Part shown: positions 19,502 to 30,030 of the stretch, piece after piece | How the letters are laid out: each line of letters starts with the position of its first letter | Numbering within the stretch: the stretch's first letter is position 1 | DNA from: Escherichia phage JS10 | Sequence record: EU863409 | DNA length: 64,000 nt | Direction: 5' to 3' (one strand) | Made by a program: the position numbers and the translations under genes | Notes under the pieces: generated by a model | The model's input: only the letters and a program-made list of their open reading frames with translations | Told to the model about the DNA's origin: nothing | Databases searched by the model: none

Positions 19502-19669
19502 CTAAAGTAATAATTGTGTTTCGTTCAGCTGTTCTTCAGTGTTTTCCGTAACAGGCATGCTTTGAACGTAATTATAACATGAACCCGGATGAACCGGACC
19601 TTTTTCTGTTTCAACAACCAATGCAGCATCGATTGGAGTTTTACAGACAACGCAAATCTTATCTGACAT
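19502..19669 (-). CDS. hypothetical 55-aa Cys-containing protein (uvsY.-2-like position)
   Basis: translated by hand: MSDKICVVCKTPIDAALVVETEKGPVHPGSCYNYVQSMPVTENTEEQLNETQLLL; AAGGAGA RBS 5 nt upstream; below the ORF-track size cut-off. Confidence 0.45.
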   Translation of the reverse strand: MSDKICVVCKTPIDAALVVETEKGPVHPGSCYNYVQSMPVTENTEEQLNETQLLL

Positions 19670-19697
19670 GATTGTCTCCTTAGTTTAACTTACATAT

Positions 19698-19796
19698 CTA
19701 TTTATTACTTGCTAAAGCGGCATTAATGAATTCTTGGAGAAGTTTCATCTTATCGGCATCTACTTTAATGGGTTTGGTATTTTTAGTACGTCTCAT
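19698..19796 (-). CDS. hypothetical 32-aa ORF translationally coupled to uvsY (uvsY.-1-like position)
   Basis: ATG overlaps the uvsY stop as TAATG; MRRTKNTKPIKVDADKMKLLQEFINAALASNK. Confidence 0.3.
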   Translation of the reverse strand: MRRTKNTKPIKVDADKMKLLQEFINAALASNK

Positions 19797-20230
19797 TATT
19801 TGCCAGCCTCAAATTGTCTCATTTCATGCATGGTCTTAAGGTTAAAACCTCGCGCCTTAATAGCATCCAGTGCTGAACTACAAAAGTCCTGTAATAAGGC
19901 CCAATACTGGATTGATGTATCTATTTTAATCACGCTAGAATCTGCGGCCATTACAGTCTTTAATTCTGACTTCTCGTATTGGTCCATACAAACCTCATCA
20001 CCAGGCTCTCCACGTCCCGTGTAGAAATCTAATCGCTTCTTAAGTGAGGTCTTTTTCTGGATTTCTAATCGCATTATCTCTTTCTTACAATTCGTATACA
20101 GCCTTAGCCATTTGCTGTGCAGCAAAACATTGTTCTGTACTTCATACTGTAAACGAGTCCCATCAATCTTTAAATCTTCATCTAATGCATCTTGGAATGA
20201 TTCCAATTTATATTCAATCTCTTTACTCAT
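19796..20230 (-). CDS. uvsY: UvsY recombination mediator
   Basis: ORF 19796..20263; start at MSKEIEYK with AGGAAA RBS; close match to T4 UvsY as recalled (KWLRLY, KSELKTV, LQYWALLQDFCSSALDAIKARGF, FEAGK). Confidence 0.9.
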   Translation of the reverse strand: MSKEIEYKLESFQDALDEDLKIDGTRLQYEVQNNVLLHSKWLRLYTNCKKEIMRLEIQKKTSLKKRLDFYTGRGEPGDEVCMDQYEKSELKTVMAADSSVIKIDTSIQYWALLQDFCSSALDAIKARGFNLKTMHEMRQFEAGK

Positions 20231-20261
20231 CGCATGTTTCCTGTGTAATAACCATAAGACC

Positions 20262-20290
20262 ATTATACACTATTCATTTGAACAGCAATT
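20262..20290 (-). promoter_or_regulatory. candidate MotA-dependent middle promoter for uvsY
   Basis: minus strand reads aatTGCTGTtca-N-TATAAT; MotA-box-like element 11-14 bp upstream of the -10. Confidence 0.35.
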
Positions 20291-20678
20291 AACCACTCTG
20301 TGAGAGCTGGATTCTAATTTGCTCTAATGTATCCGGGTCATCAACAATACTAAACTGGACGGATACTATAATAGAGTTGTCATCATAAACAGGGGTAACG
20401 CCTACGGCAAGAGCAGAAATTCTGGGTTCGAAGTTCCGCACGGCGGAAACTATATTACGCTTAATGGTATCCGTAATTAATGGGGTAATATTCTCAAATA
20501 GTTGATTACTGATATCACAACCAAATTCAGGCATAAAAGGGCGAGAACCCTTACGAGTGGTAATAATGCCTAACAAACTATTTTTTACTGCACGGGCCCC
20601 TGTAGCTTTAGCGACGTCTCTATTCCAAGACGTCCTCATTTCGGGGTCCAAATCTGAATACATTTTATCGATATTCAT
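20289..20678 (-). CDS. 25: baseplate wedge subunit gp25
   Basis: 129 aa; near-identical stretches to T4 gp25 as recalled (NSLLGIITTRKGSRPF, PEFGCD, SAVRN, PVYDD). Confidence 0.9.
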   Translation of the reverse strand: MNIDKMYSDLDPEMRTSWNRDVAKATGARAVKNSLLGIITTRKGSRPFMPEFGCDISNQLFENITPLITDTIKRNIVSAVRNFEPRISALAVGVTPVYDDNSIIVSVQFSIVDDPDTLEQIRIQLSQSG

Positions 20679-21301
20679 TACATCACCTTAAAGAACTCTT
20701 TAAGTCCCTCAATAACGTGGACGGTATGCTCACCACATTCACAAGAAATAGGTATGGCCAAAATAGGCTTAGGGGCGACTAGAGCATCATAAACTTCTTT
20801 TACATCTTTTTCTGTTATCACAGAATAAAGGTCGTCTAGTTCCGCATCACTTAAATCAGAAAGAAGAAGCTTTTCACCTGCAGAAGTTAAAATATAATCG
20901 ATACATCCTGCAACCATCATAGCCCTATTTTTGTCTTCAAAGAGCTTAGGATATCTGAACACTATTTTAAAGTTGCCGAAGTCCTTAATAATATCAGGCT
21001 CTTTACCTAATGTAGCGCGGGTTAACGTCATAGGGACAACCTGGGAGCGGCCACAACTGCAAACCCACTCACGTTCTATATTCACTTCAGCTAGTGAATG
21101 GGCCCACAGGTTTATCACCAGGAGCTCAGATTCTTGCTTGTTTAAACCACGAGCATCTGTGCAATTCAAAATGAGTTCATTGATAAAGGGCTCTATTCTG
21201 TCTTCTAATTTAGCTTGGAGCAAGTCCTTATACTCTCTGAGGGTAAATGCTCTGCATTTTATGGTCTTGTTTTTAATTTTTACGTCAAAAGTATAATTCA
21301 T
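20678..21301 (-). CDS. 26: baseplate hub subunit gp26
   Basis: 207 aa (T4 gp26 about 208 aa); upstream of 25 with overlapping stop/start; AAGGAGA RBS. Confidence 0.8.
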   Translation of the reverse strand: MNYTFDVKIKNKTIKCRAFTLREYKDLLQAKLEDRIEPFINELILNCTDARGLNKQESELLVINLWAHSLAEVNIEREWVCSCGRSQVVPMTLTRATLGKEPDIIKDFGNFKIVFRYPKLFEDKNRAMMVAGCIDYILTSAGEKLLLSDLSDAELDDLYSVITEKDVKEVYDALVAPKPILAIPISCECGEHTVHVIEGLKEFFKVM

Positions 21302-21319
21302 TGTCTTCTCCTTTAAGCT

Positions 21320-21331
21320 TATTTATAAATA
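21320..21331. promoter_or_regulatory. overlapping divergent late promoters (TATTTATAAATA) for gene 26 (minus) and gene 51 (plus)
   Basis: 12-bp element contains TATAAATA on both strands. Confidence 0.5.
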
Positions 21332-21351
21332 CATCAATAAGAGGATACCCT

Positions 21352-22104
21352 ATGGCTAATATAGTACGTTGCGAAATGCCTGATGGAGTCCACCGATTTA
21401 AACCTTTTACAGTAGCTGATTATCGTGATTTTATTTTGATTCGAAATGATATGAATAATAAATCACCTGAAGAGCAAAAACAAATTTTAGATGAGTTACT
21501 GGAAGAATACTTTGGTGAGTACCCTGTGTCATGGCGCCCATACATGTTTATTGAATTGTATACGTCATCTCTCGGCAAGACCAAAATTCCTATCCGATAC
21601 ACTTGCAGTAAGTGTGAAAAGGATAGACAAGTTTTATTCAATTTGAAGCAGACCAAGTTAGTTAACCCTACAATTGAAGTGGCTGGCTTGAAATTGACAT
21701 TCAAATTCCCTGAAATAGAATATCATGATAAATCTGAATTGATTTTGAATACCCTCCAGACAGTAGAAGATGAAAATGGGGTTTATAACTGGTCAGACCT
21801 TTCTGAAGAAGACCAGTTAGCCGTAATAGATGCTATAGACTTATCTACTTTAGAGGATATAGTCAAACAAACAAGCCCTATTCATTTCGAGCTCAAATAT
21901 GGGTGCTGTAATCGTAGAACAATTACATACACTGACGTTTTAGAAGTGTTTAAACTTATAGTCAATCCGGATGAGATATTTTTATTTTACCAAATAAACC
22001 ATTTACTGGTAAAGAACAATTATTCATTAGAAAGCATTATGCAGATGATTCCAATCGAACGCGGTATTGCTTTGTCTTTGGTTGAAAAGGACCTTAAGAA
22101 ATGA
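21352..22104 (+). CDS. 51: baseplate hub assembly protein gp51
   Basis: ORF 21301..22104; start at MANIVRC (21352) downstream of the late box and an AAGAGGA RBS; 250 aa (T4 gp51 about 249 aa). Confidence 0.7.
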   Translation: MANIVRCEMPDGVHRFKPFTVADYRDFILIRNDMNNKSPEEQKQILDELLEEYFGEYPVSWRPYMFIELYTSSLGKTKIPIRYTCSKCEKDRQVLFNLKQTKLVNPTIEVAGLKLTFKFPEIEYHDKSELILNTLQTVEDENGVYNWSDLSEEDQLAVIDAIDLSTLEDIVKQTSPIHFELKYGCCNRRTITYTDVLEVFKLIVNPDEIFLFYQINHLLVKNNYSLESIMQMIPIERGIALSLVEKDLKK

Positions 22105-23270
22105 GTTCAAAAACTATGCAGCGTGAAGGCTTTCCTAATATTAGTATACGCCTTTACGAAGATTATGACGCCTGGTTAGAGCATCGTTTTGTTGAACTAG
22201 GCGCGACATTTACTACCCTAACAATGCGAGATGGTCTTTATGGTAATAATGAAGGATTGCTCCAGTTTTATGATGCAAAAAACCTTCATACTAAAATGGA
22301 TGGTGAACAAATTATCCAAGTTTCTGTTAAGAATGCCAACTCGGAACGTACCCAATCAAGAATTTACGGAAGTAAACACTTTGCAGTAGGGGTGGATTCT
22401 AAGGGCGACAATATCATAACAATACAACTCGCCCCTATCCACTTTTTAGAAAATCTTAAATTCGGACGTATGTTCTTCCCTAGTGTTCAAGAAACATTAA
22501 CCGAAATGATTGGGGTTATTTATCAAGACCGACCACTCCTTGCACCTCCATTGAACGGGATAAACGTTTATGTTCCTAATGTTCCGTGGTGTGATTCTAT
22601 GGACAGATATATGGAATTTGTACGAGAAGTTGGTATGGCCGTTGAATCCGATAAATTTGTATTTGTCTGGGAAGATATAGATGGTATTTCTATCATGGAC
22701 TACGAATTTATGGTTAATCAAGAGCCTATCAATTTTGTGGTTGGTGAGCCTCGTTTAATAGGCCAATATGTCCAAGATATGGATACTCCTATTGCATTTG
22801 ATTTTGAGTGGTTAACTAAAGCCAACCAACATACCCGAAAACCGTACGAAAATGCTACAGTATATGCCCATTCGTTCCTAGATAAAAACGCCACACGAAT
22901 TACTTTTGGTGACGGGCAAAACAGTATATTGGTTTCTCGTTCAGGTGGATATTCTGATTATACCTACCGAAACGGGTTTGAAGAAGCTGATAGATTGGTT
23001 ACTATGGCCCAGTATGATGGGTACGCTCATTGCAAGGTATATGGGAACTTTGAATTAACTCCGGGTGATAAGATTAACTTCTATGACCCTAAAAACCAAT
23101 TCCAATACGATTTTTATGTAGACGAAGTTATTCATGAAGTGAGTAACAATACATCAATTACAAACCTTTATATGTTTACTAATGGTAAGCCTATTAAGAT
23201 TGAAGAGCCACCGAAGGTTAAAAATGAACTTAAAACTGATACTCCCGATCAAGAAAATAACGCTGGGTGA
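22101..23270 (+). CDS. 27: baseplate hub subunit gp27
   Basis: 389 aa (T4 gp27 about 391 aa); order 51-27-28-29. Confidence 0.85.
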   Translation: MSSKTMQREGFPNISIRLYEDYDAWLEHRFVELGATFTTLTMRDGLYGNNEGLLQFYDAKNLHTKMDGEQIIQVSVKNANSERTQSRIYGSKHFAVGVDSKGDNIITIQLAPIHFLENLKFGRMFFPSVQETLTEMIGVIYQDRPLLAPPLNGINVYVPNVPWCDSMDRYMEFVREVGMAVESDKFVFVWEDIDGISIMDYEFMVNQEPINFVVGEPRLIGQYVQDMDTPIAFDFEWLTKANQHTRKPYENATVYAHSFLDKNATRITFGDGQNSILVSRSGGYSDYTYRNGFEEADRLVTMAQYDGYAHCKVYGNFELTPGDKINFYDPKNQFQYDFYVDEVIHEVSNNTSITNLYMFTNGKPIKIEEPPKVKNELKTDTPDQENNAG

Positions 23271-23745
23271 TAAAGAGATTTCCATTCCTAAATTGGGTCT
23301 TAAACACCAAAAATTGGTTAAAGATGAAAAAGACCCTTATAAAGCTCTTCATATATTAATGAGTTCCATTTATAAGGGTTTAACTGCAGCCGAAACCGAT
23401 TTCGCTGCTCTTCATCTTTTAGAATTCAACGGACGGCTAAAAGAAAAGGTAACTAAGGATGGGTTTACGTATAACCTAAATGACCTTTATATCTGCCAAC
23501 GTCTTGAATTCCAATTCCAAGGTAAAACATTTAAATTTAAATCACATGAACCGTTCCAAACATTTGGTCCTGTTGATAGTGTATTACAATCTCTTTACCT
23601 TGGGGACGATGTACCAGATTTTCTGGATATGCCTGCCTTTGTTGCTACATGGGCCGACGATATAACTTCTACTGTAGCTATCCCTGGTCCTAATGGTCCT
23701 ATTAAAGGATTGCTTAAAATCATGGATATCTTAAATGAAGAATGA
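23224..23745 (+). CDS. 28: baseplate hub distal subunit gp28
   Basis: ORF 23182..23745; internal start MNLKLIL (23224) gives 173 aa (T4 gp28 about 177 aa). Confidence 0.65.
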   Translation: MNLKLILPIKKITLGDKEISIPKLGLKHQKLVKDEKDPYKALHILMSSIYKGLTAAETDFAALHLLEFNGRLKEKVTKDGFTYNLNDLYICQRLEFQFQGKTFKFKSHEPFQTFGPVDSVLQSLYLGDDVPDFLDMPAFVATWADDITSTVAIPGPNGPIKGLLKIMDILNEE

Positions 23746-25471
23746 ATCTAATCAGAATAGTTTTCGTCGCAATAAACTGATTGAAGAAATGGCTCCTCAG
23801 CGTCGTGCTGAGGCGCTAGCCCAAACCCAGAACGACGAATTAGGAAATATAACAGAAGCTTTATCAGAAACCCAGGCGGCGTCTGAATTGCTCTCTGAAG
23901 TTGTTGAAACAAAGTCTAATCAGATTATTAATTCTATAGACCGAGTAGATAAAAGTGTTCAGGATGTTGTCGCCGGAACAGAATTAACGGCTGAAGCTAT
24001 ATCAGAGCAAACCCAACAATCTAAAGCTCTTTCGGATGCATTAAACGAAAAGATTAATAAGCTTTCTAATATGTTGGAGGCTAAATTCTCTGGTATTTCT
24101 ATTCCGCCGGAAGGGAGCTCATTAAAGGTTATTGAAGACTCTATTCCAGAAGAACCTAAGGCCGAAACTCCTAAAGTCCCGGCAGTTATTGAAGATATTC
24201 TTCCGCCTGAAGATAATAAACCTGATGCTGAATTTGTACCAGAGCCTCCTAAAAATTCGGATGAAGGTAAAGAAGGTGATAAGTCTTCTCTTTCCGATAA
24301 AATCGAAGCCCTTACAAAAATAACCGAAAAAGGATTTAAAGCTTCTATAGGCGTCGCTGATAGAATTTCAGGTATGCTTTTTAAGTATACTATTACTGCT
24401 GCTGCAGAAGCCGCTAAACTGGCAGCAGGCCTGGCCCTTTTAATATTTGGTATAGATGCTATTCGCGTATACTTCCAATATTTCATGGACCAATTTAATG
24501 AAGGATGGAAAAAATTTAACGATAAGTTTAAAGAGTGGGGTCCGTTACTTGAAGGATTAATGACATGGGCCAAGAATGCTGAAGCTATGTTTAGCGAAAG
24601 AAATTGGCTAGGTCTGGCTGAAGCTATTATTCGCGGTATGGTTAATCTTACCAAAAATATGGCACAACTGCTAATGCTCGGTATTTCTAAATTGATTTCT
24701 GCTATTTTAAGTAAAATACCGGGTATGGGTGATTTGGCTGAAAACGTAGAGGCATCCGCTTTAATGTCGTATCAACAAAATACCGGAGCCACTTTAGATG
24801 ACGAAGACCAAACTAAAGTAGCCAAGTACCATGATAGACGTTCAGCTGAGGCTTTAGAAACAGCCGAGAAAATGAATAAGAAGTATAAGGGTAAACCTGA
24901 GCTTATAAACCAGGCAGAGAAATACGGTAACCTTACTAAAGAACAAGCCGACCAATTACGCGCTGGTGGAATTGACACAAGCTTCCGTAACCTCCCTGAA
25001 GAAGAACGTTTAGAGTATTTTAAGAAACGTGATAAAGCACAGGCTGATATTATTCGTTTAACTCAAACCGCCGATAATATAATGAAGCCTGATTCTAAAG
25101 ATATCGAAAATGCCAAGGCATTTAAAGCGGATATCGAGAAACAATTGGCTGACCCTATTATGGCTAAAGGTGGAGCACCTAAAGACCTTAATATCCAGCA
25201 ATTACTTGATAAGATGAATAAATCTTTAGAGAAATTTAATGAAGCTGAAAAGCCTAAACCTGCTTCTGTAGCGGAATCTCCTGAAAATACCCAGGTTAAA
25301 AAGGTTGACGAGCAAATGAGAGCAAAGGAAAATGCTAAATATAGTCAGCAAGCTCCAACTCAAATAAATCAGCAAACGAATATCAAGAAAACGAGTAAGA
25401 CTAGTTATAATTTACCACCACAGTCTTCCACTCCTGCTCCTGGTATGCGTCAAGCTACTAAAGTTAATTAG
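23735..25471 (+). CDS. 29: baseplate hub / tail length determinator gp29
   Basis: 578 aa (T4 gp29 about 590 aa); position. Confidence 0.8.
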   Translation: MKNESNQNSFRRNKLIEEMAPQRRAEALAQTQNDELGNITEALSETQAASELLSEVVETKSNQIINSIDRVDKSVQDVVAGTELTAEAISEQTQQSKALSDALNEKINKLSNMLEAKFSGISIPPEGSSLKVIEDSIPEEPKAETPKVPAVIEDILPPEDNKPDAEFVPEPPKNSDEGKEGDKSSLSDKIEALTKITEKGFKASIGVADRISGMLFKYTITAAAEAAKLAAGLALLIFGIDAIRVYFQYFMDQFNEGWKKFNDKFKEWGPLLEGLMTWAKNAEAMFSERNWLGLAEAIIRGMVNLTKNMAQLLMLGISKLISAILSKIPGMGDLAENVEASALMSYQQNTGATLDDEDQTKVAKYHDRRSAEALETAEKMNKKYKGKPELINQAEKYGNLTKEQADQLRAGGIDTSFRNLPEEERLEYFKKRDKAQADIIRLTQTADNIMKPDSKDIENAKAFKADIEKQLADPIMAKGGAPKDLNIQQLLDKMNKSLEKFNEAEKPKPASVAESPENTQVKKVDEQMRAKENAKYSQQAPTQINQQTNIKKTSKTSYNLPPQSSTPAPGMRQATKVN

Positions 25472-25473
25472 GA

Positions 25474-26568
25474 TTGATAATGAAAGTAAAAGAAATTGAC
25501 ATTGACGTAGCCTCCTTATTTAAAGGAGGTTCAAAAACCTCCGCGGGCCAATCTAAAGCTAAACCAGCCCAAACTACGGTAACTGCCCAGTATCCAGCCG
25601 AAAGGGCCTCTGGCAATGATACCTCTACAGATATGGTGTTAAACGATTTATATAAAAATGGATTACTTTTTACGGCATATAATTTTAGCTCTCGCGTATC
25701 ACCTGATTTACGTAACGACCGCTCAAGCCAAATGACCAAAAAGTTTTCAAAAGCTGCAGGTAAACTTACCAGTAATACTGGAGGGTTCAGTGCTGTTAAA
25801 AACCTGTTTAGTAACAACTCTAAAGGAGTTAAATTTGATAGCCAGGCTTTAGCCAATATTTTGCTCCCTCGTTCTAAATCTGATGTTGATTCGGTTACGC
25901 ATAAATTTAATGATGTAGGCGAATCATTAATTACTAAAGGTGGTGGTACTGCTACGGGTATTTTGAGTAACGTTGCCAGTACTGCTGTATTTGGTGCATT
26001 GGAATCTGTAACTAACGGTGTAATGGCCGATTCCGGTGAGCAAATATACACAACCGCACGTAGTATGTATGCAGGACCAGATAACCGTACTAAGGTATTC
26101 ACTTGGGAAATGACCCCTAGAAACGCCCAAGACCTTATTCAGATTATTAAAATATACGAAATCTTTAATTATTATTCTTATGGTGAAACAGGCAACTCTG
26201 CCTTCGCCGGTGAATTAAAAGAGAAGATTGATACTTGGTACCGTTCCACATTTAAAAAAGAAGCTATTGATAACTTTGACGGCAAGCTATTAGGAGAAGG
26301 TATCACAAGTTTCCTTTCTAATGTTATTGTGGTAAGTAACCCAACTATTTGGTATATTCGAAACTTTGGTAATACAAGTTCATATGACGGACGTGAAGAT
26401 ATTTTCGGACCGTGCCAAATCCAAAGTATACGATTTGATAAAACTCCCGACGGACATTTTAATGGTTTGGCTATTGCTCCTAACTTACCATCCACGTTTA
26501 GTTTAGAAGTTACTTTCCGTGAAATCATTACTTTGAACCGTGGCTCACTTTATACGGAAGGATTCTAA
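25474..26568 (+). CDS. 48: baseplate tail tube cap gp48
   Basis: 364 aa (same as T4 gp48); position. Confidence 0.85.
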   Translation: MIMKVKEIDIDVASLFKGGSKTSAGQSKAKPAQTTVTAQYPAERASGNDTSTDMVLNDLYKNGLLFTAYNFSSRVSPDLRNDRSSQMTKKFSKAAGKLTSNTGGFSAVKNLFSNNSKGVKFDSQALANILLPRSKSDVDSVTHKFNDVGESLITKGGGTATGILSNVASTAVFGALESVTNGVMADSGEQIYTTARSMYAGPDNRTKVFTWEMTPRNAQDLIQIIKIYEIFNYYSYGETGNSAFAGELKEKIDTWYRSTFKKEAIDNFDGKLLGEGITSFLSNVIVVSNPTIWYIRNFGNTSSYDGREDIFGPCQIQSIRFDKTPDGHFNGLAIAPNLPSTFSLEVTFREIITLNRGSLYTEGF

Positions 26569-27521
26569 TGTATACTTTACAAGAATTTCAAAACCAGGCA
26601 ATTAATATTGACCTACAAAGGAATAACCTGTTTAGTGTAGTATTTGCTACAGTTCCTTCTTCTAAATCCCAAGCGCTCCTCGACCAGTTCGGTGGAGCTT
26701 TATTTAACAATATCCCGTTGAATACCGATTTGTTTGGAATTACCCAAGGAGATTTAACCCAAGGTGTTACGACATTAGTGACAGCGGGCACTCAGAAGTT
26801 GATTCGTAAGTCCGGCATAAGTAAATATCTGATTGGAGCTATGTCATCCAGGGTTGTGCAGAGCTTACTAGGTGAGTTTGAAGTAGGTACATATCTGATG
26901 GATTTTTTCAATATGGCTTATCCTACGGCAGGTCTTTTAGTCCATGCCGTTAAAATTCCGGATAATACTTTGAACTATGAAATGGATTTGAACCACAACT
27001 CGCCTAATATCAAAATTACCGGAAGAGAATATTCCCCATTGGTATTAAGCTTCCGTATGGATTCTGAAGCTGCTAACTACCGTGCTTTTAATGATTGGGT
27101 CAATAGTGTCCAAGACCCTATTACACAATTAAGAGCATTGCCTGAAGATGTTGAAGCTGACATCCAAGTCAACCTTCATTCTCGTAATGGATTGCCACAT
27201 ACGGTGGTAATGCTTAATGGATGTGTTCCTGTTAGTGTTTCATCGCCGGAATTATCCTATGATGGTGATAACCAAATTGCTTCGTTTGATGTTACATTTG
27301 CTTATAGAAGTGTGCAGACGGGTGCAGTTGGTAAACAAGCTGCTTATGAATGGCTGGAAGATAAAGTCCTTAAAGGCGTAGCAGGTATAAGTGAGAGTAA
27401 CTCATTAAGTGCTTCTGTAGCTAAATTAAGCCGACTTTCAGGAGCTTCTAGTGGATTGACCGGATTGGTTAATACATTTGGTGGGCGTGCTATTAATAAT
27501 GGAATATCCAGGTTGTTATAA
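26568..27521 (+). CDS. 54: baseplate tail tube initiator gp54
   Basis: 317 aa (T4 gp54 about 320 aa); position. Confidence 0.85.
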   Translation: MYTLQEFQNQAINIDLQRNNLFSVVFATVPSSKSQALLDQFGGALFNNIPLNTDLFGITQGDLTQGVTTLVTAGTQKLIRKSGISKYLIGAMSSRVVQSLLGEFEVGTYLMDFFNMAYPTAGLLVHAVKIPDNTLNYEMDLNHNSPNIKITGREYSPLVLSFRMDSEAANYRAFNDWVNSVQDPITQLRALPEDVEADIQVNLHSRNGLPHTVVMLNGCVPVSVSSPELSYDGDNQIASFDVTFAYRSVQTGAVGKQAAYEWLEDKVLKGVAGISESNSLSASVAKLSRLSGASSGLTGLVNTFGGRAINNGISRLL

Positions 27522-27525
27522 CAAA

Positions 27526-27549
27526 AAAGGAGAGCTTACGCTCTCCTTT
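27526..27549. terminator. bidirectional hairpin AAAGGAGAGC-TTAC-GCTCTCCTTT after gene 54
   Basis: perfect 10-bp stem between convergent genes. Confidence 0.7.
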
Positions 27550-27555
27550 AGGGGT

Positions 27556-27846
27556 TTATTTACGGAACGAAATGAAACCTGCTGCGGTCATTAATGGCTG
27601 CTTTTTAACAAAGACCGTGATAGAAATAGGAGCTTCAGATTCAAGCTGACCGGTTACTACACCATTAAAGATATTTTCAGTTTGTTCAGGTTGTGAAAAA
27701 TTTTCAACCGGGCGTAAGTCGAACTGTTTGTCTTCGCCGAAAACTCGGCGTAATTCATTACCGACTGCACTGTCGAACTCTTCAGAAGCAGGGATAACGT
27801 TTTCAACTACCAGTTCTTGACCGTTAAAGCGGAATGTAGATTTCAT
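27556..27846 (-). CDS. hypothetical 96-aa protein (alt.-1-like position)
   Basis: ORF with GAGGAG RBS and an early-promoter cassette upstream. Confidence 0.5.
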   Translation of the reverse strand: MKSTFRFNGQELVVENVIPASEEFDSAVGNELRRVFGEDKQFDLRPVENFSQPEQTENIFNGVVTGQLESEAPISITVFVKKQPLMTAAGFISFRK

Positions 27847-27904
27847 AATGTTCTCCTCATGTTTGTGTAAGGTAATAGTACCACATCCTTGTGGTGTTGT
27901 AAAC
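27844..27904 (-). promoter_or_regulatory. early promoter cassette copy 2, with spacer hairpin ACCACA-TCCT-TGTGGT
   Basis: GTTTACA-N17-TACTAT ... ATGAGGAG-N6-ATG in front of ORF 27556..27846. Confidence 0.55.
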
Positions 27905-30027
27905 TACATTTTGAATTTATTTGGTAAAGAAGAGATGTCCAAAGATGCAGCAAGGATTTCCATAGCCTCATTACTTTCTGAAACAGATTCTGAAACTAGG
28001 AATTCTTTAAACCCATTCATCAATTTAACTTCACCGGTTTCCATCAGATGGTCGCCATCGTAAACGGACTCACTGAGTTCTGAAGGAGATGTCACTGTAG
28101 CTTCCATAAGGTATTTGTGAGATACTCTATCATTCATAGCAAAAGCCGCTACTTTATCAACCTTCAACAATAATCCGCGCGGAAGGATAATTTCTGCTTC
28201 TTCAGAATATTCCGTAAGGTCACCAGGAGCGATAACTTTAACTGCTTCAGCACCTCGAATAACCATACCGATTTCAGCAATCCTGTCTGCAGGGCCTTCA
28301 GGTGCAATTGGATTACCGAACTCATCTTCTTCCCATTCTACCTCTTCATCATCAACTTCACCTACGTCAGATGAACTACCACTAGCCAATTTAAACAACT
28401 CATCGGCGGAGGATAAAGAACCTTCATCACCAACAAAAACTGCTTGGTTGTCGAGGGCCATATAATTTTTACCAAATTCGCCAAAGATGTTAGGCTTTAA
28501 TGAAGCGGACACAAAGTTCTTAAAGTAAAATGTTTTGTTATCAATATTATGGCGTAGAATTTTGTATGGTAAATCCTGGCCACGATACAAAATAGTACCC
28601 TTAGGAAGTTTAATACCCTTAGTAAATGCTGAGTCTAAATCCTTAATCAATTTAATAGCTGTTGTATTGTTTTCGGATTCAGGTTTACCTAAAAGGAATA
28701 AGTTCATAGGAGCATATTCAGCTGCACAATATTCGATAATGGCATTACTTTCGTCTTTTGTCAAGCCCTTAGGTTTAATGAGCTCGCCTGAATAAGCATA
28801 CGCATCGCCAATAGAATCGTTAATTAGTTTATAAACGGCTTCCATAGCGAAAGCAATTCGGGATGCTTTCTCTGAAGGAGACCCCTGAAAACGGGCACTC
28901 AGGTTATTAACAATTCTCTTAATAATATCCAGACTATTGGTAGTATTGATTTGAGAAAGGCCGCTTAAAAGTCTATCGACTTCCGTATTAAAAAACGCCA
29001 TATTATTAGAGTAAATTTCAAACCCTTGTTTATCTCTATTAGCATAATTTAGTTTAAATTTACTATCAGTCATTAAAGCGTGCGTGAGAGCAATGGTGTA
29101 TCTAAAGTTGGCAAGGTCCTCACTCTTAGATTTAAACTGAGAGGCCTGTCGCATTTTAGTAATAGCACCTTTTTTAAAGTTCTGGCTAATCTGCTCAATA
29201 CCTTCGTTCTCAGGGCCTTCGGCCGAGTGAACAGGTACAGAAACTTCAAACTCGTTATAAACCTGCAATTCTTTAGGTGATAAAGTTTCAGGTTCGGCAG
29301 TAGAATACTGCGCTGCTGCAGCCATACGACGGGAAATTTTAGTACGAGAGATAACGGCCTTATCGGTACGTTTCTCTTCAACCTGTGCAATAGATGCCGC
29401 TACGGCTTCGACCTTACTTACGGCCTGTCCGGTTTTCTTAGAAACATAAACTTCACCGACTTTAGACTCAACCTTGGTATAAAGGTCCGCATCAATTTCA
29501 GGCATACCCTTGATATCTTCAATATTAGTGCCACGACGTGCTAAAAGAACGTATGTATGTTTACCACTAAACTGGAACATATCATCAACAACTTTAAACT
29601 TACCACCAGTACGAGCCATAGCCAAACGAGCTAATACACGCTGAACAGTAGGACCCTTACCTTTCATTTTCTTGGTAGGGAAACGGAACAAAACTGCATC
29701 CATTTTAAGTTTACTTACTTGTTCGTATATCGTATCGAAAATAGTATTCAATGCACCAAGAGGGTCAGAACCAAGGCCACCTTTGAGTTCAGCTGGAGCA
29801 CCCTTGCTCGACAAACTCATTAAAATAACATGAACGTATTTGTCGCCAGGCTTAACCATTTTAATAGCGTCTCCTTGAGACGCATAAGATACCATACGAG
29901 CAACAAGATTATCATTACCCGGTGCTTTAATAGAGAAAATCTGTGGGATACCGGAGCCCGGCTTAAGATTTGTTACTGGATAGTTTTTAGCGGAATCACT
30001 ATCAAAAACTTCGTTTAAATTTTCCAT
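27904..30027 (-). CDS. alt: Alt-like ADP-ribosyltransferase, paralogue B
   Basis: 707 aa; N-terminal about 200 aa collinear with paralogue A; ART motifs ILYRGQ (Arg), FVSAS (S-x-S), EEAEIILPRG (E-x-E). Confidence 0.8.
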   Translation of the reverse strand: MENLNEVFDSDSAKNYPVTNLKPGSGIPQIFSIKAPGNDNLVARMVSYASQGDAIKMVKPGDKYVHVILMSLSSKGAPAELKGGLGSDPLGALNTIFDTIYEQVSKLKMDAVLFRFPTKKMKGKGPTVQRVLARLAMARTGGKFKVVDDMFQFSGKHTYVLLARRGTNIEDIKGMPEIDADLYTKVESKVGEVYVSKKTGQAVSKVEAVAASIAQVEEKRTDKAVISRTKISRRMAAAAQYSTAEPETLSPKELQVYNEFEVSVPVHSAEGPENEGIEQISQNFKKGAITKMRQASQFKSKSEDLANFRYTIALTHALMTDSKFKLNYANRDKQGFEIYSNNMAFFNTEVDRLLSGLSQINTTNSLDIIKRIVNNLSARFQGSPSEKASRIAFAMEAVYKLINDSIGDAYAYSGELIKPKGLTKDESNAIIEYCAAEYAPMNLFLLGKPESENNTTAIKLIKDLDSAFTKGIKLPKGTILYRGQDLPYKILRHNIDNKTFYFKNFVSASLKPNIFGEFGKNYMALDNQAVFVGDEGSLSSADELFKLASGSSSDVGEVDDEEVEWEEDEFGNPIAPEGPADRIAEIGMVIRGAEAVKVIAPGDLTEYSEEAEIILPRGLLLKVDKVAAFAMNDRVSHKYLMEATVTSPSELSESVYDGDHLMETGEVKLMNGFKEFLVSESVSESNEAMEILAASLDISSLPNKFKM

Positions 30028-30030
30028 TAT

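Noticed and set aside
19796-20263. N-terminally extended UvsY (155 aa)
   Set aside because: The extension MVLWLLHRKHA has no RBS and overlaps the predicted middle promoter; the start at MSKEIEYK has an AGGAAA RBS and fits T4 UvsY.
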